NCBI GenBank assembly: GCA_036397855.1
Contig: DASWID010000136.1
Span: forward strand, 1 to 63,789
Length of the DNA stretch: 63,789 nt
DNA from: Thermodesulfobacteriota bacterium
Lineage (GTDB): Bacteria > Desulfobacterota_D > UBA1144 > Nemesobacterales > CSP1-2
Reading direction: 5' to 3'
Positions 42,997-52,257 of the stretch are shown piece after piece (position 1 is the stretch's first letter; each line of letters begins with the position of its first letter). Below the pieces are notes generated by a model that did not search any database, was not told where the DNA came from, and saw only the letters and a list, made by a program, of their open reading frames with translations. The translations under genes were made by a program, and so were the position numbers.

Positions 42997-43041
42997 ACCT
43001 GTTGAATGCCCCGTGGTGAAGCCACGGGGGCGAAAACAGGT
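42997..43041 (+). repeat. nested palindromic stem-loop (REP-like)
   Basis: acctgtt-gaatg-ccccgtgg-tgaag-ccacgggg-gcgaa-aacaggt. Confidence 0.6.
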
Positions 43042-43142
43042 TTGACCTTTGGGCAATAAAGGGTTTAAAACCGGGTATGAGCCCAGTAAAGAGAACACAT
43101 CAGTATTCTCCTCGAGAGATAGTATATGAATATGTGGGGTCA

Positions 43143-43294
43143 GGCGTGAATATATGAGTTATTTTTCTTTTTGTTCATCTCCTCCTATTTTTTAAGTTTT
43201 CTTTTTTACTTAGCGCCATCATGAGATTTATGTTTTGTCCTTTTCTTGTCATTATCAAATTGAAGATAAGTGGAGGACTAAAGTCCCCCGCTAC
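43143..43294 (-). repeat. right arm of the inverted repeat flanking the esterase gene
   Basis: See the left arm. Conserved outer (~46 nt) and inner (~37 nt) blocks. Confidence 0.75.
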
Positions 43295-43644
43295 TGGGTA
43301 CTCCTCGCAGACAGCCAATCGGATTTCTGGTAAATGAATACGATTATTGCAACTGATGAGATTGGTTGGAAACTAAGTTTCTCGCAATGACACACCTTTT
43401 TGAAATAATGGGGAGGAAGAAACTTAATTTTTTCTCTAAGCTGTTAAAGTTTAGGCTGCTAGAGCAACAGTACGAGCAGCAAGTCCAAGTAAGGTGCCAA
43501 GCGTGTTTTATACGTATTTAAAATTTCCCTTTTGGTTATCTAAGCCGTTGTGACTTCTTATTATTCGTTTAAAATAAATCTTTTAATTTAATTCAATTTT
43601 ACGAATTTCTGATATGTCTGAAAAAACCTGAATAGTTCAAGGAG

Positions 43645-44364
43645 ATGCCAATGAATGCTCTTAAAAATAAGATCGCAATCGTCACCGGTGGAACTGGCGC
43701 ATTGGGAAAAGTGATCACTATAGCATTTCTTGAGGAAGGAGCAAAGGTCGTGTGTACTTACATTGTTGATAAAGAGAAAAAAGAATGTCTTCCATTAACC
43801 AAGAATCATAAAGACAAAATTGTTTTTGCTAGAGCTGATGTGACAAAAGAGAAAGACGTGGTAAACGTCGTTACCAGTACTATCAGGAAATTCAAAAGAG
43901 TTGATATCCTGGTCAATGTCGTCGGTGGATTTGCTTACTCCTATATAAAGGACACGGATGAGAAAACCTGGGACCTTATGATAAATTTAAATTTAAAATC
44001 TGCATTTCTATGCTCGAAAAATGTGCTCCCACGAATGATTGAGCAAAATTACGGGAAGATAGTTAATATATCTTCTCGACCCGCCCTGAAAGGCTCGGCC
44101 GGAGTCGGCGCGTATTCGGCTTCAAAGGCAGGGGTTTTAAACCTGACTGAAACTATTGCCGATGAGGTCAAAGATTACAACATCAATGTGAACGCAGTCC
44201 TTCCAAGTACGATAGATACCCCTGCAAACAGAAGGGATATGCCTGAAGCCGATTTTTCAAAATGGGTAAGACCCGAAGAGATCGCCAGGGTCATAGTCTT
44301 TCTCTCTTCGGATGATTCAAGGCCTATAAACGGTGCCGGTATTCCTGTTTATGGAAAAGCATAG
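43645..44364 (+). CDS. SDR-family oxidoreductase
   Basis: TGGTGALGK and YSASK motifs. AAGGAG lies upstream. Confidence 0.85.
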   Translation: MPMNALKNKIAIVTGGTGALGKVITIAFLEEGAKVVCTYIVDKEKKECLPLTKNHKDKIVFARADVTKEKDVVNVVTSTIRKFKRVDILVNVVGGFAYSYIKDTDEKTWDLMINLNLKSAFLCSKNVLPRMIEQNYGKIVNISSRPALKGSAGVGAYSASKAGVLNLTETIADEVKDYNINVNAVLPSTIDTPANRRDMPEADFSKWVRPEEIARVIVFLSSDDSRPINGAGIPVYGKA

Positions 44365-44385
44365 ACACAACGAGGACAAAAATAA

Positions 44386-45300
44386 GTGAATTTTAACGAA
44401 GTAGAAGAATACTCAGGCACGATCATATCAATACCTTTTAACTCTCATAAAATTGATGCTCTTCACTACCATATAGATACTCATTCAAATCACCGGGAAC
44501 ATAAACCTGTAATTGTTCGTCTTCATGGAGTCCTTGGAAACATTCTAGATGAGACAGAACATTACCTTCCAAGCATACTTGCAGATAATGATTTCTCTTC
44601 TGTTACTATGAACACAATTCTTGCAAATCTAGGACTATTTTTTGGTTTTGGAATATTCGACGATACTATTCCTCAAATTGATGCAGTGTGCGACTATCTT
44701 AGAAATATCGGTTTCAGGAAAATTATCATTGCTGGTCATGGGCTTGGAGGATCTATTGCACTGAGATACTGTGCGCTGAGAAACGATATTAAAAGGTATC
44801 CCGATTTAAATGGAGTTATTGTGATCGCAACTCCATTTTCAATGCCCGATACAATTCGCAGAAGATGGGAACGTTTTGGGAGTGAACCAAGTTATGATGA
44901 GGTTTATGAAAGGGCAAAAAGAATTTTCAACCCTGAGGATAAAGCAGAACCCGCTCATGACGAGACGATAATAGTAAAGAAGGCCCATGGACCTACAAAT
45001 CTCCCCGAACATACCGAGATATACACACTTAAAACGTGGTGGGCGCTTTCTGGACCTGAGGCCGAAGGTGCCAAGGCTTACAAACAAATTGGAAACATTA
45101 AAGATATTCCTGTTCTCCTAGTTCATGCATCGAAGGATGAAATAATCGAGGGTCGAGACTCTGAGGACCTTTGCGAAATAGCAAAGAGTAATGGCAATAA
45201 AGATGTGACACATGTGAATATTGATGCTAACCATTCATTTGATGGAAGGCATGATGAACTAGCACAAGCAATTATTAACTGGTTAAACGATAGGTTCTAA
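44386..45300 (+). CDS. alpha/beta-hydrolase-fold protein, nucleophile Ser replaced by Gly
   Basis: Paralog of the next gene. The elbow reads AGHGLGG where the paralog has LGYSLGA. Confidence 0.7.
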   Translation: MNFNEVEEYSGTIISIPFNSHKIDALHYHIDTHSNHREHKPVIVRLHGVLGNILDETEHYLPSILADNDFSSVTMNTILANLGLFFGFGIFDDTIPQIDAVCDYLRNIGFRKIIIAGHGLGGSIALRYCALRNDIKRYPDLNGVIVIATPFSMPDTIRRRWERFGSEPSYDEVYERAKRIFNPEDKAEPAHDETIIVKKAHGPTNLPEHTEIYTLKTWWALSGPEAEGAKAYKQIGNIKDIPVLLVHASKDEIIEGRDSEDLCEIAKSNGNKDVTHVNIDANHSFDGRHDELAQAIINWLNDRF

Positions 45301-45339
45301 ATATGAAGGCATCATACAAGTTCTTGGTATAACGGAAAG

Positions 45340-46248
45340 ATGGCTGAGCCAAAAATCCGCGAAAGACAGAGATTGATAAGGCTTCGAGCTTCAGATCGGA
45401 CTTTGCTTAGCAGCCTTTTAGTAACCAAGGATTACACCGGAATAGAGGAAATTCTTGACACGCCGATTTTACTTCAAATTCATGGCTTGTTAGGTCACTT
45501 TCTGGCGAGGGGAACTCCTCGCCTTCTGCCTCATGCCCTGCTCGAGCGAGGGTTTAGCTCTATGTCTTTAAACACCAGGCTTGCTTTTGCCGGACAGTTT
45601 ACTGGAAAGGGGATCTTCGATGACACTCTGCTGGATATCGATGCCGCACTGAAGTTTCTCAATGACACCGGATTCAATAATATCTATATCCTGGGTTACA
45701 GTCTGGGTGCAAGTATGCTCGCTTACTGGTTTGCAAATAGGAAGCCTCGGAATGTCAGGGGAATCGTATTCGAAGGAATCCACTATTCAACGTCTGACGC
45801 ACAGAGGGCTCGTTTGGAAAAGTGGGGCGGATCACCTACATATGAAGAAATATATGAAAGAGCAAAATGTGTTCTAGGAGACGATCCTTATAAAAGTAAG
45901 CGAGACGAGATATTTGTTGTTTATAGAGCCAGGGGACCAACGCAAGAGCCGACCGATAACGAAATCTTCACATACAAAACCTGGTGGTTTATGATGGGGC
46001 CACACGCATATGGTGCTATGGCGCATAAACAGATTCCTAAAATTGAAGTGCCAATCCTCTTTTTAAGGGGTAAAAATGATTTCGTTGTTCATCAGTGGGA
46101 GGTTGACGAGCTGGTAAAAATAGGGGAAGAGGCGGGAAACAAAAACATTAGATTAAGAGTCGTTCCAAATGCAAGGCACGATTGCATGGAGAACCCTGAG
46201 GTGATGTTAGAAGAGATTGTCAAAATGATGAATTCTTATTCAGCTTAA
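45340..46248 (+). CDS. alpha/beta hydrolase
   Basis: GYSLG nucleophile elbow and a C-terminal ARHD His region. Confidence 0.75.
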   Translation: MAEPKIRERQRLIRLRASDRTLLSSLLVTKDYTGIEEILDTPILLQIHGLLGHFLARGTPRLLPHALLERGFSSMSLNTRLAFAGQFTGKGIFDDTLLDIDAALKFLNDTGFNNIYILGYSLGASMLAYWFANRKPRNVRGIVFEGIHYSTSDAQRARLEKWGGSPTYEEIYERAKCVLGDDPYKSKRDEIFVVYRARGPTQEPTDNEIFTYKTWWFMMGPHAYGAMAHKQIPKIEVPILFLRGKNDFVVHQWEVDELVKIGEEAGNKNIRLRVVPNARHDCMENPEVMLEEIVKMMNSYSA

Positions 46249-46279
46249 GTATATAGATAATATATCACATCATGGATAG

Positions 46280-46299
46280 CCGAGGTTTTCCAACCTCGG
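46280..46299 (+). terminator. stem-loop after the hydrolase operon (no U-tract)
   Basis: ccgaggtt-ttcc-aacctcgg, followed by attaaat. Confidence 0.3.
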
Positions 46300-46527
46300 A
46301 TTAAATAGGATGTCGAAATAGACTACAAAATATGATTTCTCAAGGAATAAAATAATATGGGTTTGGGAGCTTAAATACCCTTTCAGTGTGACCTCCCGCT
46401 AGGTGACTGAACTGATCACCTATATTAACAACTATGGTGTAGCCTTTGTCGGTTATCCTGACTGCTTTGGCAATATTAGCAGCATTGATTTTATACTTCT
46501 ATTGTCGTGTAAAAGAATCTTAAGTTT

Positions 46528-46650
46528 TTAATTTAGAAGAAGCTGATTGAGTTTATTAGCTTTTTCCAGCTGCTGTTTTTTTGGGCGATAAATGTGCGTA
46601 CTCTGCCCAAAACATGGGTGCACTTGTTTACATAAGGATAGTTTCAGTTC
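46528..46650 (-). pseudogene. relic of the 3' end of a dihydrolipoyl dehydrogenase gene
   Basis: Translation ELKLSL....FGQSTHIYRPKKQQLEK parallels the C-terminus of the intact Lpd at 52533 (DLKLTI...[17 protein letters not shown]). Confidence 0.45.
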
Positions 46651-46806
46651 ACAATTTTGATATGGTAATGGTGCTTGAAAAATATGAAAATCACAATACG
46701 TCACACAGGACATTGATGTGAAAATCTTTACATGTGCAAGAATTCAGACGATTATAAAGTTTATTGGAATTACACAGCGGAAACATATCTTTGAACTAGT
46801 ATATTC

Positions 46807-47433
46807 TTAATAAATTTTACTGCACCGAGGACAAGTAAACTGTGCGAAGAAGCGATTTCCGGAACCTGAAAAGGTGTGATCATATGTGATTTCCAAGAAT
46901 ATTTGACTTCCACATTGATTACAGGAATATGAATCATTAACGCCAAAATCGTGTGCGAGATGTGGGGCATCGAACTTGGAAGGTTGAATAGCTACGCGGT
47001 AGCTGCCAACACCGGGCTTGCTATACGGTCTCGATCTCGTCTTTGCAAGGTGTTTCTGAATTTTCTCTATGACATGCGTCGGAGTTGCGAAAACCTTTAC
47101 AAGATAATCGTCCGCCCCGAGCCTCAGCCCCTTTTCTATTTCATCTTCCCGACCTCTGTTACTGAGAATTATGATTGGTGTCAATTGAGTTCTAGGATTT
47201 TTTCTAAGTTCAGATAAGATGTAAAAACCATTTATCTTAGGAAGAACTAAATCCAGAAGAACTAAATCAGGTTTGCTATTCAATGCCTTGTTCATCCCCT
47301 CCTCGCCGTCTCTGGCAAGGTCCACATGATAACCCTCTATGGAGAGTTTATCATGATATACCTTCTGAATCATCGGATCGTCTTCTATTATTAAGATTCT
47401 AAATTTTCTGGCACCTTCCATGTCTAGCCTCAA
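46807..47433 (-). CDS. response regulator: receiver domain plus C-terminal CxxC...CxxC zinc-ribbon-like domain
   Basis: Receiver motifs IIEDD, LLDLVLP and DDYLVK. C-terminus has CNQC and CPRC. The start overlaps the upstream RR stop (ATGA). Confidence 0.85.
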   Translation of the reverse strand: MRLDMEGARKFRILIIEDDPMIQKVYHDKLSIEGYHVDLARDGEEGMNKALNSKPDLVLLDLVLPKINGFYILSELRKNPRTQLTPIIILSNRGREDEIEKGLRLGADDYLVKVFATPTHVIEKIQKHLAKTRSRPYSKPGVGSYRVAIQPSKFDAPHLAHDFGVNDSYSCNQCGSQIFLEITYDHTFSGSGNRFFAQFTCPRCSKIY

Positions 47434-47807
47434 TCCAGAACTTTTTTGATCTCCTTGAGAACACCGCTGGGAATAGTGCTACTTTTAATAATGTAACTTA
47501 CGCATCCCGCCCTTAAGCACTCTTCTGTAGTCTCACTACTTGTTACATTGGTGAGTGCTATAACCGGTATTGCTTTTAGTTCAGGATCGGCCTTAATCCT
47601 TTTTAAGACCTCTATTCCATTGAGTCTGGGCATAAGAATGTCAATAAGGATCAAATCTGGTTTTAATTGTTTTGCCTTTTCTAGTCCGTCTATCCCGTCT
47701 ACGGCTGTCTCAACTTCATATTGTGCCATCTCGAGCTTTCTTGTGTATGCCTTAAGGAGAAGCTCATCATCTTCAACAAGCAAAATTTTAGCCATCGTAC
47801 ACCTCAC
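47430..47807 (-). CDS. single-domain (CheY-like) response regulator
   Basis: 125 aa with LLVEDDE, LILIDILMP and a conserved Lys region. Confidence 0.9.
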   Translation of the reverse strand: MRCTMAKILLVEDDELLLKAYTRKLEMAQYEVETAVDGIDGLEKAKQLKPDLILIDILMPRLNGIEVLKRIKADPELKAIPVIALTNVTSSETTEECLRAGCVSYIIKSSTIPSGVLKEIKKVLD

Positions 47808-47916
47808 ATCTCCTGTCGCCTTATATATCTAATAAACTCTAAACACATCATCGTTTATTATATTCCAAAATTTTGTATCCGATAAACTCCATTAATCCAG
47901 CCTCGACTTAATGCTA

Positions 47917-50900
47917 CTAAATGTGTTCTCTATCGGGAGCAAGCTGATCTCGGGCTTTTGGTAGGCAAAAAGAAAATGTGCTTCCCTTTCCCAATTCACT
48001 TTTTTCGAGCCATACATCTCCCTTCATTTCATTAAGAAACTGCTTGGATATGTAGAGACCCATTCCTATCCCCCCTTTATAGTCACCCGAAAGCGAATGC
48101 TGTACAGCTCGAAATTTCTGAAAAAGCAACCCCTGATCTTTCTCTGGGATTCCGATTCCAGTATCAATCACATCAGTGATTATATGGCTGTCATTGGCGT
48201 GATGAGTTATAATTACACCCCCCCCTTCCGTGAATTTCAAAGCATTCCCAATAAGGTTAACAATAACCTGCTCAACTCTAAATTTGTCGCCTGATACCAA
48301 TAACGCTCCTGCCACTGTTGGTTTCTGGTATTCCAGCTTTAGCCCTTTCTCCTCGGCTATAGGCTTCAGGTCAGTTAGGATCTTGTCGCAAACTTCCTCG
48401 ATGTCAAAATCTGATATTTTAAATTCTAATCTTCCCTGCTCAATCCTTGACACGTCCAGCATATAATTAGTTAAACCTATTAATCGGTTTGTAGCCGTAT
48501 TAATGTCTGCCAATGCTTCCACTGCTTCCGTGGGTAGACTGCCGTAGTCCCCTTCTAACAGCATAGAAACGAATCCGTTGATGGCAGTTAGAGGAGTCCT
48601 CACCTCGTGTGACGCCATCGATATAAACTCGTCTTTCATTTGGTCAAGTTCCATAAGTTTCTCGTTTGCATCTTTCAAATCTTGATATAGCCTTGCCTTT
48701 GTTATTGCTGTTGCAATTTGATTACCAATGGTCGAAAGCAAATTCACTTCCCTCTCATTAAACTTACGTTCCTTATAACTCAGAAACCATATTACTCCTA
48801 TGACTTTCTCTTCTATAGTTAATGGGGTGCCTAGGGCACTGTGATGTCCTAGATCTCTACCCGCAGGACCGACAGTTGGCTCCTTCTTTACATCTTGAAT
48901 CTTAAGAACTTCCCCCTTGTTAATTACCCTCCAAGTAGTTCCTTTGGGATATGGTATCCTCCCTGCCCTATTTATATAATCCTGGGGAAGATTTCTTTGG
49001 GCCTGGAGAATAGCTTCTTTTCTATCCTCATCCACTAAATAAATCATAGCCATATCCACATCTTCTAGGCTAACCACCGAATCCAGGGCAATCTCGTAGA
49101 TCTCCTCCAGGTTGAGGGACTTATGCACCGCTTGAGTTATAGCATTTAATATTTCTAAGTCCTTACTTCTCTCATCCAAATCTTCATATAGCTCTCTTAA
49201 CTCGCGTGATTGGTCTTGAGATTTTTCATACAATGATGCCTGCGCTATTGCTATTCCGATTTGATTCCCTACAGCATTGAGGAGGTTTAAATTTCGCGAA
49301 GTAAGCCCTAACACTCTTCGACTTGCAAAATTTACTACCCCTATTGTTTTATTTTCTTGTACTATAGGCACTGACACATGAGTATGATGACCCAATGCCT
49401 TACCAGCAGGACCAAGGTCGGGGTCTTTTTGAACGTCGTCGATATAAGACAAATCACTGGATTTGATAACCCTCCATGTCACACCCTTTGGATATGGTAT
49501 TCTCCCTGCCCTCTCTATATAGTCTTCTGTAAGGCCCCTGTGTGCTTGTAGCACTGCCTCGTTAGTATCCTCATCTACGAGATAAACCATTATGATATCA
49601 AACTCTGTTATGTCTACTACCTTGTCTAGAGCAATATTTAATACCTCTTCAAGATTTAAAGATTTATGAACAGATGTAGTTATTACATTTAGAGTAGATA
49701 AATCTTCATTGATTAACTTTAAGTCCTCGGTCTTTTTTGCCTTCGCTACCGCTATTGCAATCTGGGTACCAATGGAAGTAAAAATCTCTATTTCCCTTCT
49801 ACCAAATTTATTCTTTTTATTGCTATGAAAATGTATAGCACCTATTGTTCTCTCTCCTCCCTTTATAGGCACCGACATAAAGCTTCGAAATCCAGATTCC
49901 TTACCGACAGGGCCAACGTTTGGATCAGTCGATACATCTTGAACAACATAGACCTCATCCGTTTCGATAACCCTCCATGTCACACCCCTAGGATATGGTA
50001 TCCTCCCTGCTTTCTCTAGATATTTATCCGGGTATCCTCTATGAGCCTCAAGCACTGCTTCATTTGTAACTTCATCTATTAAATATATACCCACTATATT
50101 TATATCCGTTAGTTCCAAAACCTTATCTATTGCAGTATTAAAAACATCATCAAGTTTAGATGACTTATTAACCGATTCCATAATGGTATTTATTATCATC
50201 AGTTCATCTTCAATGCTACTGCGCTCAACCGCCTCAGAAATCAAATTGCCAATACCCTGAAGGAAGTGAACATCATCCTTTGTGTACGTCCTTATACTTG
50301 GGCTGTGAGCACCTAACACTCCATAAGGCCTTGCCTTCCCATAGATGGTAGTGCTTATGCCACTTGCTACACTGTGGTCGAGAAGCAGTGGAGGAATAGT
50401 GAATCTGGTTTCCTTGCCAATGTCTTCCACAATCACAGTCTCATTGCATTGAAGAGTGTAGCCTGCCTGCGATTCAGCCCCTGCATCTACAATATAGTGG
50501 CCTACATACCCCTCTTTCCATCCCACACCTGCCTGCAACAGCAAGGAATTGCCGTCTGGTTGGAGTTCCAAAATCTTGGCATATTCTACCCCCAGGGTTT
50601 TGGCTAGCAGCGAGACGGCTTCGCTCATCAGCGTCGTAAGGTCGCCGCCCCTTAGCGCAAGTTCACCCAGTTCAACCAGAGCTCGCTGATGCTTTTCACG
50701 AGTTTGGTGCTCTGCCTCAGCCTGCTTGCGTTCGGTTATATCTTCTACCACAGCCATGCCAGATATAACATTTCCTACGTCGTCGCGGAGTGGTGAAAGA
50801 CGAATAGACACCCACAACTTTTCTGAGCTGCTGGTTGCTTCATAGAAACCTTCATAACTTTCTGTATGACCCTGAAATACCTTTTCCATTAAGGGCAAGA

Positions 50901-52257
50901 CGCATGGATTTTTTAGTTCCTGGATATTAATGCCTATTATTTTGTCACGAGAGGTTTGAAGGATGTGAGCGAAACGTTCATTACAATGAGTTATATTAAA
51001 ATTCTTATTGAATATATACACACCTACTGGTGATTGATCAAAAAGAGTTCGGTAGCGCTCTTCCGATTCACGTAATAGCTCCTGTTGTTTTACATTGTTG
51101 ATTGCTATTTCTATCTGATCTGCAACAACCTCCAATAGTTTAAATTCGTCTTCACCAAATTGGTGTTTTTCAAATGCACCTATACTTCCGCATCCTACAT
51201 TAAAACCTTCATATCTAATAGGCACAGACACATGACTCTTTATCCCCATATCTCTTCCTGCAGGGCCAATGACCTGATCTTTATCTACATCCGGAACATA
51301 GATTGTCTGTCCCTCAATGATTGTTTTCCACGTAATTCCCTTTGGATAGGGTATTCTGGATGCCTGTTGAATATATTGAGATGTGTGGCCTCGGTGAGCC
51401 TTAAGAACTGCCTCTTCTCCTTCGATTATGTAAAAACTACAGAAGTTCGCTCTATCTACATTCTTACTCATGCTCTCAACGGCACTTTCCAAAACATCTC
51501 TTAGATTTCCTGATTTATGAATACTTTGAATTATTGTGCTGACGATTCTCTCATATTTACTCTTTTTGGACAATTGAATATGGCTTTCTTTCAGATTCTC
51601 TTCGGCCTGCCTGCGTTTGGTTAGGTCAAGGTTGATGGTAAGGTAGTTCAATCCAGCAAATATGAATGCCAAAAAAATTACAGAAGCATTTAGAAAAATA
51701 GATTTGCGAAAAATCTTGCGTTGATGCTCTAACCTCGAGTGTACCAATACATATTCATCGGCCTTAATTTCATTAATGGCATCTCGCAGATATCCCATTA
51801 TTGCTGTCCTTCGCTTACCAGTCAGAATCAATTTCTGGGCCTCTTCAAATCTATGTCTCGTGCGGATGTCTATTGACTCCTTCAATAAGGCGAGTCTTTC
51901 CGAAGCCAAAGACTCAACTTCGTCGATCCTAGCCTCTTGGATTGGATCATCTGGAATTAATTTCCGAACCCCGCTAATTTCTTCGTTAATTGTTTTAATT
52001 GTGTTGTAATATGGTTCTAGATAGGCTTCCGTTCCTGTTATGACGTAACCACGAACTCCACTTTCAGCATGCGTCAAATTTGAAAATAATTCTTCTAACT
52101 TTAAAAGGCCTATATGGCTTTTTTGCACATTTTCGGATACTTCGATCAGACTCTTAGAGGCCTGAACTGTCATGAAAACGGTTGCTAATAAAAGAATCAC
52201 TGCAACCACTAGCCCGACTCTAATCATCTTATCTGTCTTCAATTTGGCGTTAATCAC
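47917..52257 (-). CDS. sensor histidine kinase: CHASE3-like, GAF, PAS, GAF, three tandem GAF, HisKA, HATPase_c
   Basis: TM helix, then GYVITGTEAYLEPYY (CHASE3-like), then a second TM helix. PAS segment ERYRTLFDQSPVGVYIF, H-box SHEVRTPLTAI, ATPase G-boxes DTGIGIP and GGIGMGL. No receiver domain. Confidence 0.9.
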   Translation of the reverse strand: MINAKLKTDKMIRVGLVVAVILLLATVFMTVQASKSLIEVSENVQKSHIGLLKLEELFSNLTHAESGVRGYVITGTEAYLEPYYNTIKTINEEISGVRKLIPDDPIQEARIDEVESLASERLALLKESIDIRTRHRFEEAQKLILTGKRRTAIMGYLRDAINEIKADEYVLVHSRLEHQRKIFRKSIFLNASVIFLAFIFAGLNYLTINLDLTKRRQAEENLKESHIQLSKKSKYERIVSTIIQSIHKSGNLRDVLESAVESMSKNVDRANFCSFYIIEGEEAVLKAHRGHTSQYIQQASRIPYPKGITWKTIIEGQTIYVPDVDKDQVIGPAGRDMGIKSHVSVPIRYEGFNVGCGSIGAFEKHQFGEDEFKLLEVVADQIEIAINNVKQQELLRESEERYRTLFDQSPVGVYIFNKNFNITHCNERFAHILQTSRDKIIGINIQELKNPCVLPLMEKVFQGHTESYEGFYEATSSSEKLWVSIRLSPLRDDVGNVISGMAVVEDITERKQAEAEHQTREKHQRALVELGELALRGGDLTTLMSEAVSLLAKTLGVEYAKILELQPDGNSLLLQAGVGWKEGYVGHYIVDAGAESQAGYTLQCNETVIVEDIGKETRFTIPPLLLDHSVASGISTTIYGKARPYGVLGAHSPSIRTYTKDDVHFLQGIGNLISEAVERSSIEDELMIINTIMESVNKSSKLDDVFNTAIDKVLELTDINIVGIYLIDEVTNEAVLEAHRGYPDKYLEKAGRIPYPRGVTWRVIETDEVYVVQDVSTDPNVGPVGKESGFRSFMSVPIKGGERTIGAIHFHSNKKNKFGRREIEIFTSIGTQIAIAVAKAKKTEDLKLINEDLSTLNVITTSVHKSLNLEEVLNIALDKVVDITEFDIIMVYLVDEDTNEAVLQAHRGLTEDYIERAGRIPYPKGVTWRVIKSSDLSYIDDVQKDPDLGPAGKALGHHTHVSVPIVQENKTIGVVNFASRRVLGLTSRNLNLLNAVGNQIGIAIAQASLYEKSQDQSRELRELYEDLDERSKDLEILNAITQAVHKSLNLEEIYEIALDSVVSLEDVDMAMIYLVDEDRKEAILQAQRNLPQDYINRAGRIPYPKGTTWRVINKGEVLKIQDVKKEPTVGPAGRDLGHHSALGTPLTIEEKVIGVIWFLSYKERKFNEREVNLLSTIGNQIATAITKARLYQDLKDANEKLMELDQMKDEFISMASHEVRTPLTAINGFVSMLLEGDYGSLPTEAVEALADINTATNRLIGLTNYMLDVSRIEQGRLEFKISDFDIEEVCDKILTDLKPIAEEKGLKLEYQKPTVAGALLVSGDKFRVEQVIVNLIGNALKFTEGGGVIITHHANDSHIITDVIDTGIGIPEKDQGLLFQKFRAVQHSLSGDYKGGIGMGLYISKQFLNEMKGDVWLEKSELGKGSTFSFCLPKARDQLAPDREHI

